Source: the human T2T-CHM13v2.0 reference genome, Homo sapiens
Assembly: GCF_009914755.1 (NCBI RefSeq)
Contig: NC_060934.1
Reading direction: 5' to 3' (one strand)
DNA length: 64,000 nucleotides
Shown: in pieces, positions 1 through 14,282 of the stretch
Layout of the letters: each line of letters starts with the position of its first letter
How positions within the stretch are numbered: the first letter of the stretch is position 1
Notes under the pieces: model-generated
The model's input: only the letters and a program-made list of their open reading frames with translations
Told to the model about the DNA's origin: nothing
Database searches by the model: none
Made by a program: the position numbers and the translations under genes

Positions 1-369
1 AGATCAATTGCCAGATGGAAGTGGGTATTTTGTTCTTTAGTCATCTATATATTAGACTTGAGCATTCCTCACAGTGCTAGTGGAGCCACAACTGCCCCAC
101 ACCCTCTGAGATATGGCTCTCCCAGAACCTTCATAGACAAGGCATAAAGTTGTTTGCTATGTACTTTATCTGTATTAACAATTTTACCTATTTGTAATGG
201 GTTTGTTTTTCTAAGAAGTTTGAACTATGAGTACTCCCCTTTCTAAAACTGGTTATGAGGAAGAATAGAACAGGATATAAAAGAATATCTTAGAAACAAA
301 GAATGGAGAATATATGCTACACTCGTGTTCAAACAGTTAAAAAAAATAAAAAAATGCCAAAATAACTTA

Positions 370-795
370 CAAAATAGATCAAGGAGACAAAACAAAAAGC
401 CCGAAGTGTAAAATATAATGTATTATTAAGCTAGTATTTACAATGAATGAGGAGAAGATCAATTACTTCATATATACTGCACAACCATTCAGATAAAAAA
501 AGTTAGTTCTTCTTTTCATCTCAAAACACTCAGGAAAGCACCCAATTTCAGATGGACCAAACATTTAAATGTTTAAAGTAAAACTACAAAAGAAGCAGAA
601 AACACAGGTGATATCTCTTTGATTTCAGGGAGGGAAAAAGCTATTCAAAGCAAACAAAAAGTTAACAATGAAATCAACTATAGAGGCAAATTGTATATTT
701 GGGAAGTTAACTGCTAAAGGAAATCTGTACATCAAAAAGCATATTAAACTAAATTGAGAGGCAAATATTAACCTGAGGAAAACATTTGCAACGTA
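370..795 (+). mobile_element. Old L1 (L1M-type) ORF2 3' fragment
   Basis: A-rich, with degenerate L1 ORF2 3' motifs (tttcagatggaccaaacatttaaatgt; gaaaacatttgcaac). Boundaries approximate. Confidence 0.55.
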
Positions 796-804
796 CTCTC
801 ATTG

Positions 805-975
805 AGTTTTCACAATATTCCTGTGAGGTAGATAATAATATCTCCATTTATAATGAGGAAATTGACAGCACAGACACTTTAAGTAATTTAGTAATTTGCC
901 CAAGGTCATTCAGCTAATGAGTGGAGGGACTGGAATTTGAACCCTCAAAAACTGAACTCCAAGCACTCTTTACCT
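805..975 (-). mobile_element. MIR SINE
   Basis: Reverse complement of the MIR core (ctccatttataatgaggaaattgacagcacaga...taatttgcccaaggtcattcagcta). Confidence 0.8.
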
Positions 976-1491
976 CACACGTGGCTCCCTCGAGTAAGAA
1001 AACAGCTCTAGAGCCCAGGGCCATGATTTTGTTTGTTTGTCCCATAATAAGCAGCCATTTACTTTCAGATAATATATAGTCATACATTATTTAATGATGG
1101 AATATGTTCTTAGTAACGCATCATTAAATGATTGTGTTGTGCAAACGTCATAGTGTGTACTTAAGCAAACATACATGGTATAGCCTACTTGCAAACCTAG
1201 GCTATATTGTATGGCCTGCTGTTCTTAGGACACAATCTTGTTACTGTACTGAATACTATAGGCAATTGTGACACAATGGTAAGTATTACTGTATCTGAAC
1301 ATGTGTAAACATAGGAAAGGAACAGTAAACATATAGGACAAAAGGTGAAAATGGTACCATTGTACAGGGCACTTACATAGAGCTTGAAGGCCTGGAAGTT
1401 GCTGTAGGTGAGTCAGTGAGTGAGTGATGAGTGAATGTGAAGGCCTGTTTACTGTACACTACTATGGACTTCATAAACACTGGGCACTTAG

Positions 1492-1806
<315 letters not shown>

Positions 1807-2026
1807 AGATTACACTAAACTTATTTTTTAAATTTTATCTATTCAATAATAAATTAACCTTAGCTTACTGTCACATTTTACATTTAAACTTTTAAATTGT
1901 TTCACTTTTTGCCTCTTGTAATAGCACTTAGTTTAAAACACAAACACATTATACAGCTGCCCAAAAATATCTGTTTTTATATCTTTATTCTTAAGCTTTT
2001 TACTATTTAAAATATTTTTCTGTCAC

Positions 2027-2337
2027 TTTTTTTTTTTTTTTTTTTTGGTAGAGAGAGGGCTTCACTTTGCTGCCCAGGATAGAGTGCAGTGGTGTGATCA
2101 TGGCTCACTCCCACCTCAAACTCCTTGGCTTAAGTGATCCTCCTCTGGCTCCTGAGTAGATAGGACTAAAAGTATGTGCTACAACAACTGGCTAATTTTT
2201 TTTTATTTTTTAACTTATTATTATTGTTATTATTTGGTAGAGAAAGGGTCTCCCTGTGTTGCCCAGGCTGGTATCGAACTCCTAAGCTCAAGCAATCCTC
2301 CCTTCTTGGCATCCCAAATTGCTGGGATTACAGGTGT
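2027..2337 (-). mobile_element. AluJ (old, slightly 5'-truncated)
   Basis: Poly-T followed by a diverged dimer with J-type gatcatggctcac and gctcaagcaatcctccc. Confidence 0.85.
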
Positions 2338-3091
2338 CTTTTACTTTTTAAAACTTTTTGTTAGAAAGTAAGACAAAAACACACACACTAGTCTAGGCCT
2401 ACTCAGGGTCAGAATCATCAATGCATCACTAGGTAATAGAAATTTTTCAGCTCCATTGTAATCTTATGGGACCACCATCATATATGCCAGTTCCTTTTTC
2501 ACTGAAATGTTATTATATGGTGCATGACTGTAATTTTGGGATTTCTACTCTGATTTTTTCTAACTAGAGTAAAAGAAAGTTCAATATTTAATACATAGAA
2601 ACAAAATTGTGACATTAAAAAAACAAATAAAACAACTCCCTAGAAATATAGAGCTGCCATTAGAAACGCTGCAGCAAGCCTCATTGTCTCCTGAGTACCG
2701 GGCCTGACACTCGGCCTGCCCCAGGTCTGGCCATGTCTAAGTGCTGAGGAAGGAAGCCTTTCTCTAGAGTTTTGGTCCACGCCAGCATCCTTTTGCAGTT
2801 CTCCTCTGTAGCCTGCATTTTCAGGATGCTTCCATACTACGGAATGTATTATTTCCTCTCCTTGGAATGCCTGCGATCATCATAGGTATCTAGGAAACCA
2901 TTTTTCAAAGTGCTAGACAGTATTAGGATATCTTTGAAGTCACCCTAGAGCTACGTAATCATTCCTAATAATAAAATAAAAACTTCCATGCATCTGTGAT
3001 GCCACTCACACTAGATAATAATTTTATGTTCATTTGCCTTATTCCTCTATTAAGCTGGTCTATTATTAAGCCTCCAATTTGTCTGTTAGAC

Positions 3092-3442
3092 CAATGATGC
3101 CCAACCTTTTTGGCACCAGGGACCAGTTTTGTGGAAGACAATTTTTTTCCACAGACAGGTGGTAGGGGAATAGGGGGAATACGGTTTCAGGATGAAACTG
3201 TTCCACCTCAAATCATCAGGTATTAGATTCTCATAAGGAACACATAGCCTAGATCCCTCACATGTGCAGTTCACAATAGGGTTCGCGCTCCTTTGAGAAT
3301 CTGATGCTGTTGCTGATCTGACAGGAGGTGGAGCTCAGGTGGTAATGCTCGCTTACCCACCTCTCACCTCCTGCTCTGTGGCCTGGTTCCTAACAGGCCA
3401 TGGACCAGCAGCAGTCCATGGCCTGGAGATTGGGGACCCCTG
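3092..3442 (-). mobile_element. MER1B (hAT-Charlie MITE)
   Basis: Terminal ...ttggggacccctg, internal attagattctcataagg and ctgatctgacaggagg. Perfect 8-bp TSD tgttagac at 3084-3091 and 3443-3450. Confidence 0.92.
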
Positions 3443-4524
3443 TGTTAGACAATCTCTGTGTCTCCTGAATCCAGCATAGCTAGGAACATAGGAGGAGCTG
3501 CATGATACCTGGTGAGCTGAACCAAACTCCACGGTGAAACAACAGTGCTCTGTGTTTATTCTCCAATGTGTTCATTTGAGTTCCATATCATAATTCAGCA
3601 CACACTGGGAGCACAGAAGATCCCCTGACCAGCATCAGCCTGTAGGGACCTGAATGTCAGTGAAGGTTACCGCTGCCTTGTGGAAAAGGCACTGATCACT
3701 GGAATGGAAAGTTCAGGACAAATTTGGCAGTGATAAACTCAACCCCTCTGTTCTCCCTGGGCTGATTTTTCCGCTAAGAAAATCTTAAGGAGGGTCTAGC
3801 ACCCACTGTGGGGTTACCATTTTTAAAGAGCTTGATGCACGTCAAAAAGAGCATGTAATTTGGGTTTGAAAGAAAGGAAGACAAGAAAGGCACAGACCGT
3901 GGTGTGTGTGTTTGGGTGGGTGGGGTGTGCTGGAAGACAGGGCAGTCTGCCACTGGGCCTCAGGCCCTGAGAGCCTGGGAGAGTCCACTGTGTTTCTCCA
4001 GGATCTTCCCTGACTCAGTTCCAGACAGGCTCTTCACAAAGACTCCTCAGTTCATCACATGATTCCCAACCCAACCAGGGGACAGCTGTCCATGCTTGTG
4101 CTGATGGTCTAGCTGGACAAAGAAAATGGGTGAACCAGGGTATATAAGTTCCTTGGAGGACTGAGAGATGTAGAAACTCTTCTAAGAAGAGTGTTTCCCT
4201 CTTTGGCTTTGTAATCTTATTGCATTATCTTTATTATCAATGACAAACAGAGCATCCACTCTGTTCCAGACATTTTCAGAGGTGCCAGGGTACAAAGATG
4301 AACTCCATCCTGAGGAACTGGTCACATCTGTCTATAGGGAATTCAGTCTATTTGTGTGCCAGAAGAGCATAAAGACACTGACAAAAAGAAAAGTCATTAA
4401 GGGGCCGGCTTCTGGAAGAGAGATGTCACTGGAGAATGAAGTAGAAAAAGGCTGGAGAAACTGGAACCAAAGGCAACAGGGACCAAGACCTCGCTCTGTC
4501 TCTCAAGAAGGACACAAAGAACAG

Positions 4525-4720
4525 TGATTATAGTGTACACCTTGGAGTAAGATAGACCTGGGTTTAAGTCCCTACTGTGATATTTCTAAATTCCAAAGCC
4601 TACACCCAACCTCATGCAGCATCAGTTTTCTAATCTGAAAAAGGGAAGAAAGAATATGTATCATCGTTGGGTTAAAAGAGTTGAATACTCACATAAAGCA
4701 TGCTCACATAGTGTACTCAC
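4525..4720 (+). mobile_element. MIR SINE
   Basis: agacctgggtttaagtcc...tcagttttctaatctgaaaaaggg resembles the MIR core. Confidence 0.6.
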
Positions 4721-5299
4721 AGGCTCACCTGAGGTAGCATTCCCCATGCCTCAGTGACTTGTGGGTAGAAATGAAGGCTTACTAATATTCATGCTCAGAA
4801 TTTTCAGCTGCATTGCCTCCACTGGAGGAAACAGAAGGTCATCAGCCTCCTGCATTGAGTCTCTCCATTCACTGGCAGTTTCTCTTAGATTGATACAGTC
4901 TGCTTGCCACACTGTAGCCAGAGCAGTTTGCTCCATCACCATGGCAGGGCTGCTACCAAATAGGCCTTCTTGTCCATACTCCTGTACCATACCTTTAGGT
5001 CACTGGGGCCACTGTAGAATCAAAGCACTTTGTTTAGTTCTTGGCATGCTCTATTACCTGCATACTACCGTGAGCCACATCTTCCATCACCCTGTTTGGT
5101 TCTCACCATTCTGCCATGTCTGTGAGCCTTTACCTTGCATTGCTGTGCATTGCTGTAGGCTGAGGGCCCTGCACCTACTTCAGGTTTCTCTACAGAGTTG
5201 CACTGGTTTCTAATTGTTGCTGTTACTACCACCATTGTTAGTGTTATCAGCAGACTTTTTTGACTGATCGGATTGGATTGTAAGCAAGTGCAAGTATAT

Positions 5300-5425
5300 G
5301 TATTCATTCATTCAAAAACCACCCACTGAGCAACTATTGCATGTTAAATATTATTTCAGACAAGGAGGATGCAATAGTGAGCACAGCTGACCCAATCCCT
5401 GACCTCATTCAGAAGTTTATAGTCT
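5300..5425 (-). mobile_element. L2 3' end
   Basis: ttcattcattcaa...ctgagcaactat...tttatagtctag is the reverse complement of the L2 tail. Confidence 0.6.
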
Positions 5426-6019
5426 AGAAACATATCTTCTCTCCCATCTTTCTGCCGGAGAAAAGAAAAACAGTGCTGCTCTGTCCTGTGTTGAATTATT
5501 TCTCAACATCTCTGCATCATCCTTTAAATGTAGTCTGTGCTCCTCCCGTCTGAGCCCTCCAACAGCATCCACTTGATCCCAGAGAAAGGAAGTAATATTC
5601 ACCTAAAAATAACAAGCATATCAACCTCAGCTTCTGCCAGCCATGATTCCCTGGGAATACCATTTCTTTCAGGAGCTGGAACACAGAAAATATCAGCAGA
5701 AGTTACCCCAAATTGTTGAGCCCCCTTGGTTCCAGTCAGAATATTTTTCAAGAAAAAAGATAATTCTACTTCATTTGCTCATTGCTCTGGTTGTCAGGAG
5801 TATGATACGGAATACAAAAGACAAAGAATCAGTTTGGAAACTGCTAGAGGAATTGAGTAATGGCAAGGTCATGATTCTCTTTATTTTGATAGCTGGTGGG
5901 GAATTTGCTTCTTGCCTCTCCCTAACTGGAGTGAGGATTGCATCTTTCTCCGCTTTTTGCTGCCTACACAATCTCACTTTCTTTACAAGCCCGTTCCATT
6001 ACATTCTCTTTCTCCATCC

Positions 6020-6330
6020 CTTTGCCATTTTTCTTATGTGTAAAACAGGAATAATAGCCATACTGACATCAAGATATGTTTTGAGGACTGAGTTGGTACA
6101 TTGGGTTATGGAAACATGTCCACAGTAGAGCGCTTAAGGGTTGTGCGGCTAAGGCTTTGGAGTTTGGCTTCCTGGCTTCGTTATTTGCTTTGACTTCCCT
6201 TAGGCAAATTTTAACCTCTCTTTGTAAAATAAAGAAACTGATAGCTACTTAAAAGTTGTAGTTATGACTTACAAATCATGTCTACAAAGCATGTAGCACA
6301 GTGTCCCACATAGTAAGTAGTGAATATAAC
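6020..6330 (+). mobile_element. Two MIR fragments
   Basis: tgtaaaacaggaataatag; ttaggcaaattttaacctctc; aaagcatgtagcacagtgtcccacatagtaagt. Confidence 0.6.
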
Positions 6331-6889
6331 TAGCTACTAAATTTATGATGAATATTATTATATCTTTCTTTTCCTCCCTTTACCTCAAGAGTGCTACTTA
6401 ATTTGCTCTGTTTTGATCTCTGTCTTTCATGCAACTCTCTATTCATTTCGGTGCAGGAAAAAACTGAGATGAGAATGACATAAAATCTGGAGACAGTGCA
6501 GGCTTTCTGGCTTCTCTTCTTAGCTACACGTGCAGCAGGGTTATGGCAGTGCAGGGAATCAGCAGATAGGGTCTCTGGCTGAGCAAGAAGTTCCAAGGGA
6601 GCACAGATATGACACTGCAGGGGGCCTGTTCTCAGGGGTCTGCAGTCCCTGTGTGACCCTGCTAGAGCCTTGCACCAGCAGCTGCAGTGTGAGGAGCACC
6701 TCCCCAAGAAGAGCCCTCTATCCTCCCACATGCCTGCTCTTTGAGCAATAGTCATCTGTTCAGGACGTATGCATTATTTCCTTCTCCATTTGTCATATGG
6801 ATTGCCTAATATTTATCTGTGCTGTTTTTCACATTACTCTGAAAGGTTTCTAAGTTATACTTCTTTATGTGCTCTTGGATTGCTGGCTT

Positions 6890-7279
6890 ACACCACCACT
6901 GCCACCACCATCAACAATACCACGACTGCTACCACCGTCAACAATATCAGCACTACCGCCACCATCAACAATACTACTGCTGCCACCACCATCAAAATCA
7001 TCACCATTACCACCATGAACACCCTCACAAATACCATTATGATCAGTATCACCACCACTATCATCAACACCATCACCACCACAATCACCACCATTAACAC
7101 CATTACCACCATCAACACCACCACCACCACCACCACTGCCACCACCACCATCGACACCATCACAAATACCATTGTGACAACTATCATCATTGCTATCATC
7201 AACACCATCACCACCACCACCACCATCACCACCACCACCATTAACACCATCACCACCAGCACCCACCATTACCACCACT
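6890..7279. repeat. Degenerate (ACC/ATC)n triplet low-complexity array, about 390 bp
   Basis: Visible directly. It produces the poly-Thr, poly-His and poly-Pro (+) and poly-Val and poly-Gly (-) ORFs. Confidence 0.95.
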
Positions 7280-7574
7280 TCCACTGTGTGTCAAGCTTCC
7301 TCTCCTCTGGGACATTTTTTCTGTTTCTGGCTCAGACTTGCACATCCCTCCTATTTGCTTTTTCTGTTTCCACATTCTTATCATTGCACATGTCACACCC
7401 ACTAACTGATTTTGGATTGAATCCTATAAAATACAGCTCATGTAGATTTATCCATTTGAAATTGCTTAAATTTGACCGTTTTTGACTGTTTGCTTATTTC
7501 ACATATTCAAGCTGGTATTTATCTACGCACCCCATTAAACTGTTAGTTACGTGAGAAAACAAGGAGAACTTTTA

Positions 7575-8062
<488 letters not shown>

Positions 8063-8329
8063 TTCATATTAAAAATGTGACCTGTCCTTAGAGGTTGATT
8101 TGGAAATGAAGAAAAGAAAAGTGTGAGACTTTGAATCATAGAAGTTCAAATATATTCCAGAGTTCTCAGGGTAAGTCAGGGGCAGCCTTGGGGGATGAGT
8201 AGGTAGGGTCCCATTTTCTTCTTCTGTCTCTGCTGCTCTACCTTTATTTGTTTGTATATTAATGATCCAAATATACATATACACATATATATATATATTT
8301 ATATTACTCATAAGAAATTTAAAAATTCT

Positions 8330-8720
8330 GCAATAGATGTCATGGAGCCAATAAAGGACTTCAGGCAGGGAAATGTCCTGTTGAGATTAGTAATTTTGGG
8401 ATGTAATTTTTGTTTGGGGCAGGAGCATCAGTGATGGGGTGAAGAGATTGAAGCTGGAGGCCCAAGGGTCAGTGAGGAGATGGGAGCTGAGAAGAGGAGA
8501 TGGGCTGGACAGGAAGCTAGGAATATTCATCTCACTGGAGGATGCGGGGACTGAGAGGGGAAGTCTGCCTTGATCCCAAGATTGGGGGTGATTAGGGGGC
8601 TATGTGGATAGCAGTGCCATTCTCAGAGACAGGTGCTGTAAGAATAGTTTTGGGGAGAAAGATAGTAAATCTGATTTGAGTTTATTGAGTGGGAGATATG
8701 ACTATACAAGTCTAAAATTG
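8330..8720 (-). mobile_element. L2 fragment
   Basis: Purine-rich L2 antisense text (ggagccaataaaggacttcaggcagggaaatg; gtgccattctcagagacagg). Confidence 0.5.
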
Positions 8721-8739
8721 ATCTTGCAAAGTGGGTAGG

Positions 8740-8870
8740 CTGATAACTGTCTTTTTTATTTTTTCCTATTTTGTTGATGTGAAAACTGTGGCTCACAGAG
8801 GTTGCTTGAATGACCAAAATAGAAAAGAGCCAGGGAGATATAGGGCTGGTCTTGAACCCAAGATGACTAC
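8740..8870 (-). mobile_element. MIR SINE
   Basis: cctattttgttgatgtgaaaactgtggctcacagagg...cttgaacccaag. Confidence 0.65.
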
Positions 8871-10491
8871 ATTCTTTAATCTCTTCATTATCTGTCCACC
8901 TACTAGAAAGTCATATTGGAAGTGATGGATGCCAGCTCCCCAGGCGTTCCTGGCCTCCTTAGGATTGGATGTATCCAGAAACTGACTAGTGAGCAGCGCT
9001 TTTAATATTTTAATTAATCATTAACTGGCTTGCCCTCTGAGCACTTTTTGCTCCTGCTTTGAATTTTTAGACAGATGGCAGGCGGTTATTTCCTCAGCTT
9101 TGTCATCTTTCACATGGCAGATGAAATATCAAGCACAGACTTGGAGAAGGATCATAATTCATTATAATTAGTCTTCTTTGATCATTTGTCCTTTGTCCTA
9201 AGTACAGTAGCAACATTTAATTGTGGCTGAAGCATTAGTCAAGAGCAGTGAGCAAAATGCTCTCTCTCTCTCTGTCTTCTCTCAATATATGCCTGAGGGC
9301 ACCACTGATGTTGGGAAACCATATTCTCAGTTGGCTTTTTAAATAGCTATACAGCAGCAAGTGGAAGGGGCGTTGTATTTAGAAGCCATGACATGAATAT
9401 GGCCTATTTTCCTTGATCATGTTAGTATTGTTAATTAACATACTGACCATTTAGTACTGTTGTGAGGATTTAGGAAGGAAAGGAGCTAACTAACATTAAC
9501 TGATGGCCTCCTCTGTGCTTGATAATTTACTGATATGCTCTCACTACCTCTTCAGAACATGTCAAGGCTGGATAACTGGGCAAAGTCATGCAGCTACCAC
9601 ATGGCAGAGAACCAACCCCTCAACTGCCTGAATCCAGAACCTATGCATTTGTACAAGCTTGTTTATCTGCACTCTCTTGTAGTGTATTTACTTAACAAGC
9701 CAAGTTAGATTGTAATCGAAAGCAGGTGCTGTCATATCACTGCATGAATCTTGAAAAGCATGGCTCTGAGAGGTGACACTGAGAGTGGCAGTTGCTGGAT
9801 AATGTGTTGTTACAAATTAACTTCTTGCCCTGCCAATTAAAAAGCACTTTATTGAATAAAGTAATGATGCTCTTTTATGCCTGTTGTGTGATTTAGATTT
9901 TAGTAGTCAATATAATTGTATGACTTAGCTTTCAGTCTTTACACTCACTTACCCAAGTCTTATGAATCAGGTGGGGAAATGAAATTAGTTCCATTTTACA
10001 GATCAGAGAATTGAGGCTCAGTTGGTGCCACTGCTATTGAAGGTCAGCTAGCTTTTAAATAATCAGACTGTAGACATGTAGATTCATGTGGCCTCTCCTA
10101 AATAAGATCCAAGCAGTAGCAAAAATATGAAGACTTAGGCTCAGGAAAATTTTTTCTTAGAAGCTGACATTCAGCTCCAAGTCATATGGTTAGGGTTTGC
10201 TTCTTTCCACTTTTCAATTTCTGACACTAAGTGATAATTATAGAGACTGAGAAGCACCGAGTGCATTTGCTGAAGCTAATTGACTCGATGGGGGGAAGGC
10301 TGATTGTGCAGCGGAATCCAAACTACCAATTAAAGAAGAAGGAAATCACATGCACATGATATCTTGGATATTTATATCTTGGGGAACTAAAAGAGCCAGC
10401 CTTCCTTGCCACCGTGGAGACAGTCTGAGAGTCAAAGTGCCCGGCCCTGGGGTGGTCAGCTTGAGGCCTGGGTTTGGCCAAGACCGCAGCC

Positions 10492-10512
10492 AGCAGCACC
10501 CTGGTCAGCAGC
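10492..10512 (+). promoter_or_regulatory. RE1/NRSE-like (REST) motif
   Basis: agCAGCACCctGGtCAGCagC compared with consensus TTCAGCACCnnGGACAGCGCC. Canonical 2-nt spacer, one core mismatch. Confidence 0.35.
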
Positions 10513-11599
10513 TTCTCAGCCCCTAATGAGTGCTCTGGAGGCTGTGCTTCTAGGCTAAAATGGGAAATCTTGGCAAAGGAAGAGATTAGATTCAATGCAC
10601 AATGAGAGAGGAAATCAGGCAAATAGGAGCTGCATCAATCAATTAATTATCAGAAAAAGGGGGCTCAGAATACACTAATAATGCTAACTTGTGTACAGTG
10701 CTTTGGAGTTTACAGAGTATATGGCTCTCTCAACAGCAGCCACTTAAGAAGCAGGAGTGTTTCCCCCAGCTTCCAGCAGGCAAGTGCATGCCCTGCTTCC
10801 CAAATCTCCTGGGCAAGAGGAGCTAGGCCAGGAATGCAGGCTTCTGACTTATGGTCATAGCTGCCGAGGGCTGCCTGCATTGATGGGTCCTGGGGGTGGT
10901 AGTAGGGAGTAGACTTGGTGTGGTTTGTAGCTGATTCTCCCAGGAACTGGTTTTTGTTTGTTTGTTTCTAAATTCTATCTTACTGAAGAGCATCCCTACA
11001 GTGGCACACCAGAGTGGCTGCAAGGCTAACGATAATGGGGCTATTAACTAAATAACGGTGCTGGCACAAAGAAACAGCCATGCTAGGATCTTAATTAGGC
11101 TCTGGCTGAAGCAGAGATGGAGCACATTTGCAAGAGATTTCTGGTTGACTAATCTGGTGTCAAATTAAGAGTGTTCTCTCTGGGTTGTCTCAAGTCAGTC
11201 ACCGTATGACTTAAAAAGTTGTCTAAACGAAGAATTCCAAGTGGGCCAATTTCTCAGGAGAAGAGAGGACTTGCTTCCCCAAGAGCTAGCTCCCTGGAAT
11301 AGATTAGCACCAGGATCCCTTTGTCTTCGTTGACTAACAGTTTAACTTTACAGGCTTCTCAGCTGGGAGTCCACTGTTTCTGTCCCACTAATAAGGGCTG
11401 AAGTCTGTCCGGCTGTGTACCTGGGTTACTAGAGCTGAAAAGCACTTGGCAGTCCTGGATGGGCTGTTTATGAGTAGTTCTTCTATCTGCAGCAGCAGTT
11501 AAATGGTTCTGGGAAATGAATCAGGATCAAAGGGGAGCTTGAGGCCAGGGCCCAGAACCTGGGCTCTTAGGGGGTGGGGGGCAGCAGAACAGAACAAAG

Positions 11600-11830
11600 T
11601 AGTAGGGAAAGCATGATGTCACACGGACCTTGTATCTCACGTGACCTCTGCTCTTCCCACTGGTTGTGGGGTAGAGCCATCATGTTAATTCTGCTGGGCC
11701 TTTTTCAATACCTTTAAAATGGGCTTATTCATTTCTATGTCATGTAAGAGTCATGAAGTTTGGATGAGGTTAGAGTTTATGACTCTAGCCAGGGACACAG
11801 TAAATACTCAGGGAACAGTCGTTGCTTCTG
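11600..11830 (+). mobile_element. MIR SINE
   Basis: cctttaaaatggg...gacacagtaaatactca. Confidence 0.5.
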
Positions 11831-13889
11831 GATCTATCCAGCTTCTTTAGAGGCCTGATGTCTCTATCAGGATGTGCCTTGTGATTGCCCAGGCACTCAT
11901 GCCTGTTTAGATTGAGGTCCCAACCCTCCTGACTTCATTGGCTCTGCCCAGTGGTGCACTCCCTTGACCTCCTCTATTCTTGCCGTCACTTCCAGGCACC
12001 TGTGTCTGGCTTTTCTCTTCAGTGAATAATTCAAATCCTATCATCCTCTGACTATTCCTCCTCTTCTCCTCCAACCTCTGTCTCTTCTACTTGGTACAGC
12101 AACTCTGACTGCCCTTGGAATAACACCCTCCCCAGCTCAACCACTGCCTGCCAGAGTCATGAACTCTAGAAGCAGATTCCACCAGGCTTTCTTCCCCAAA
12201 AAGAATATGCATCACAAGAGGCACTTGAGTAGGGAGAGGGGATCTCTGAAGCAATGCCCTAACCCCCTTCTTTGGCTTTTTGATGGATTATGTTGGGTGG
12301 AAATCAACTTCAACATCCATCTTCTAGTGGAAGCTGACTCCTCTGATTGCCACTAGGGAGATAGGGGCTTAATGAAACAGAATTATTGGACTAGGAAAGT
12401 ATAGGCCTTGAAATCGACCTGCTTCTAAAGGTAAACAGGTAGGCAGTTCAGGCCAGGAAGCTGGAAGAAGACTGGTAAATAAGCAGGATGCTGCCTGAAG
12501 AACCCATGCAGAAAGGTGATGAATGGAGATCCAGCAGGCAGGTGGGGTCAGCGACTCTGGAAATAAGGACACAGCATTAACGGTCAGGCCAGTACCCAAG
12601 AAATTAGACAGACATGTGCTGCTGAGAATAGGGTGAATGGAAGCAGAGTCTAGATCCTCAGGTTAAATAAACGATGGTCACAGGAGGAACATGGCATAGC
12701 CTGGAAGGAGGGGCACACACGATGAGGAGGTGAGGACAGGCAAGGGGAAGGGGAAGGGGTATTATGCTGGGTTTCAGGATTTGGGGCCCTAGTACCCTGA
12801 CCAAAAAAAAAAAAAAACAAAACATATTGGCCATACATTTTTAAGCAGGCGAAGGCGGGTGGACAGGGATCCACAAAGAGCTTCAAGGATGTGCAAGCTG
12901 GTAATTCCACAGACTGACTTTGCAGAGATTCTATCAACTTATTTAAATAGGGGACCGTTATTGAATTTTTACCTGTTCCCCAGCAGATAGAATCAAATGA
13001 GACAGCATGTGAAGGAGCCCTGTAAACAGTCAAGCACTGCACTTTATTGACAAGTTTATCCTTTATAGAACTGCTGGTGTTCTGTGAGCCCATTATTGTA
13101 CTCACTAAATATTAGCTACTCAAACATTTGCTATTATGATGTGGCAGGGAAAATTGTGAAGTATTAATTTACATTTATGCATTTCCTCTTGCCCTTATCC
13201 AAAAAGGTAGCAGGCTCTGGGCTTCCTGGCCTGCAATACACTTCTGTTCCTCATTTTATCTCTTCCACGCTGCCAAACTCATGGTGAATATTTAAGAGGC
13301 AGAGGCCCTCTCAGGGAAACAAGTAAAAATGGGATATGTTTTCCTTTGATCTGAAGACAATTTGCAGTCCTGGAAAAGGAAGGAAGGATTTTGAATCCTG
13401 CTGAAGAGGGAACTTGTGCTCTATTCCCTGGTAGCAGACCAGGAAGGTGGCCTGCTTTCAGAGAGAGAAGACTGTGAATCCACACCAAGGGGCCCCAGGA
13501 CCCTAAGCTGCTGGACAGGAAGGGAACAAGAGGACAGGAATAGTAGGGCACTCACTGGTGACTTGTGACGATGGATGTCCTGTGACTGATGAGCTAAGGC
13601 ATTCATGCTACCAAACAGCTCTGGGCCTTCTACCACTCTGAGACTTAGGGGCATGGTAGAGGAAGGGATTTAAGCTCAGTCATAAGTATATTTGATTTTC
13701 TTTCCTCCTTGGTAGAGAAGGATATATCATATTAAATTTAACTTGATTTTAAGGAAACGAGTAATATGGCCTTTGTGCCCATATTCATGTTGTGTGTGTG
13801 TGTATGTGTGTGTGTGTGTATTTTGAAGGTCATATATTTTGCATAACTGTTATATGATCACATATCTCCTAAGGGAAATGGAAAACATT

Positions 13890-14110
13890 TGCCCAGCACC
13901 TGCTATATATGCCCCTGTTTCTAGCACATCACTAAGGCAATCAATTTGAGACTTCAGAATAACCTATGAAGTATTAGTGTCCTCTTTATATAGATAAGAA
14001 ACTGAGTTAAATAATGTTTAAGTGATTCTGCACTAGGATAGGTGGTTAGTGTTAGAACTAGGATTTAAACCCAGGTCATGTGATCCCAAAGCTCAACCTC
14101 CCTCCACCAC
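13890..14110 (-). mobile_element. MIR SINE
   Basis: tttatatagataagaaactgag...ctaggatttaaacccaggtc. Confidence 0.75.
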
Positions 14111-14242
14111 ATCACGCTGGATTCCCCAAGAAGGAGGAGGTTAGCAGTGATGCTCCTCCCTTGCATGAGAAGGGTGGGCGCCTATGGCAGGAGGTTTAAT
14201 AACTATGAACTGTGATATAAAATAATTCTCTTGAATTTATAT

Positions 14243-14282
14243 GGAAGTGTCAGACCTTTAGAGGAAGTGTCAGACCTTCAGA
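14243..14282. repeat. 20-bp tandem duplication
   Basis: ggaagtgtcagacctt(t/c)aga occurs twice with one mismatch. Confidence 0.9.

Noticed and set aside
6769-7485. 238-aa Thr-rich ORF and overlapping Gly, Val and His ORFs
   Set aside because: They follow from the stop-free ACC/ATC triplet array. No signal peptide, splice structure or recognisable homology.
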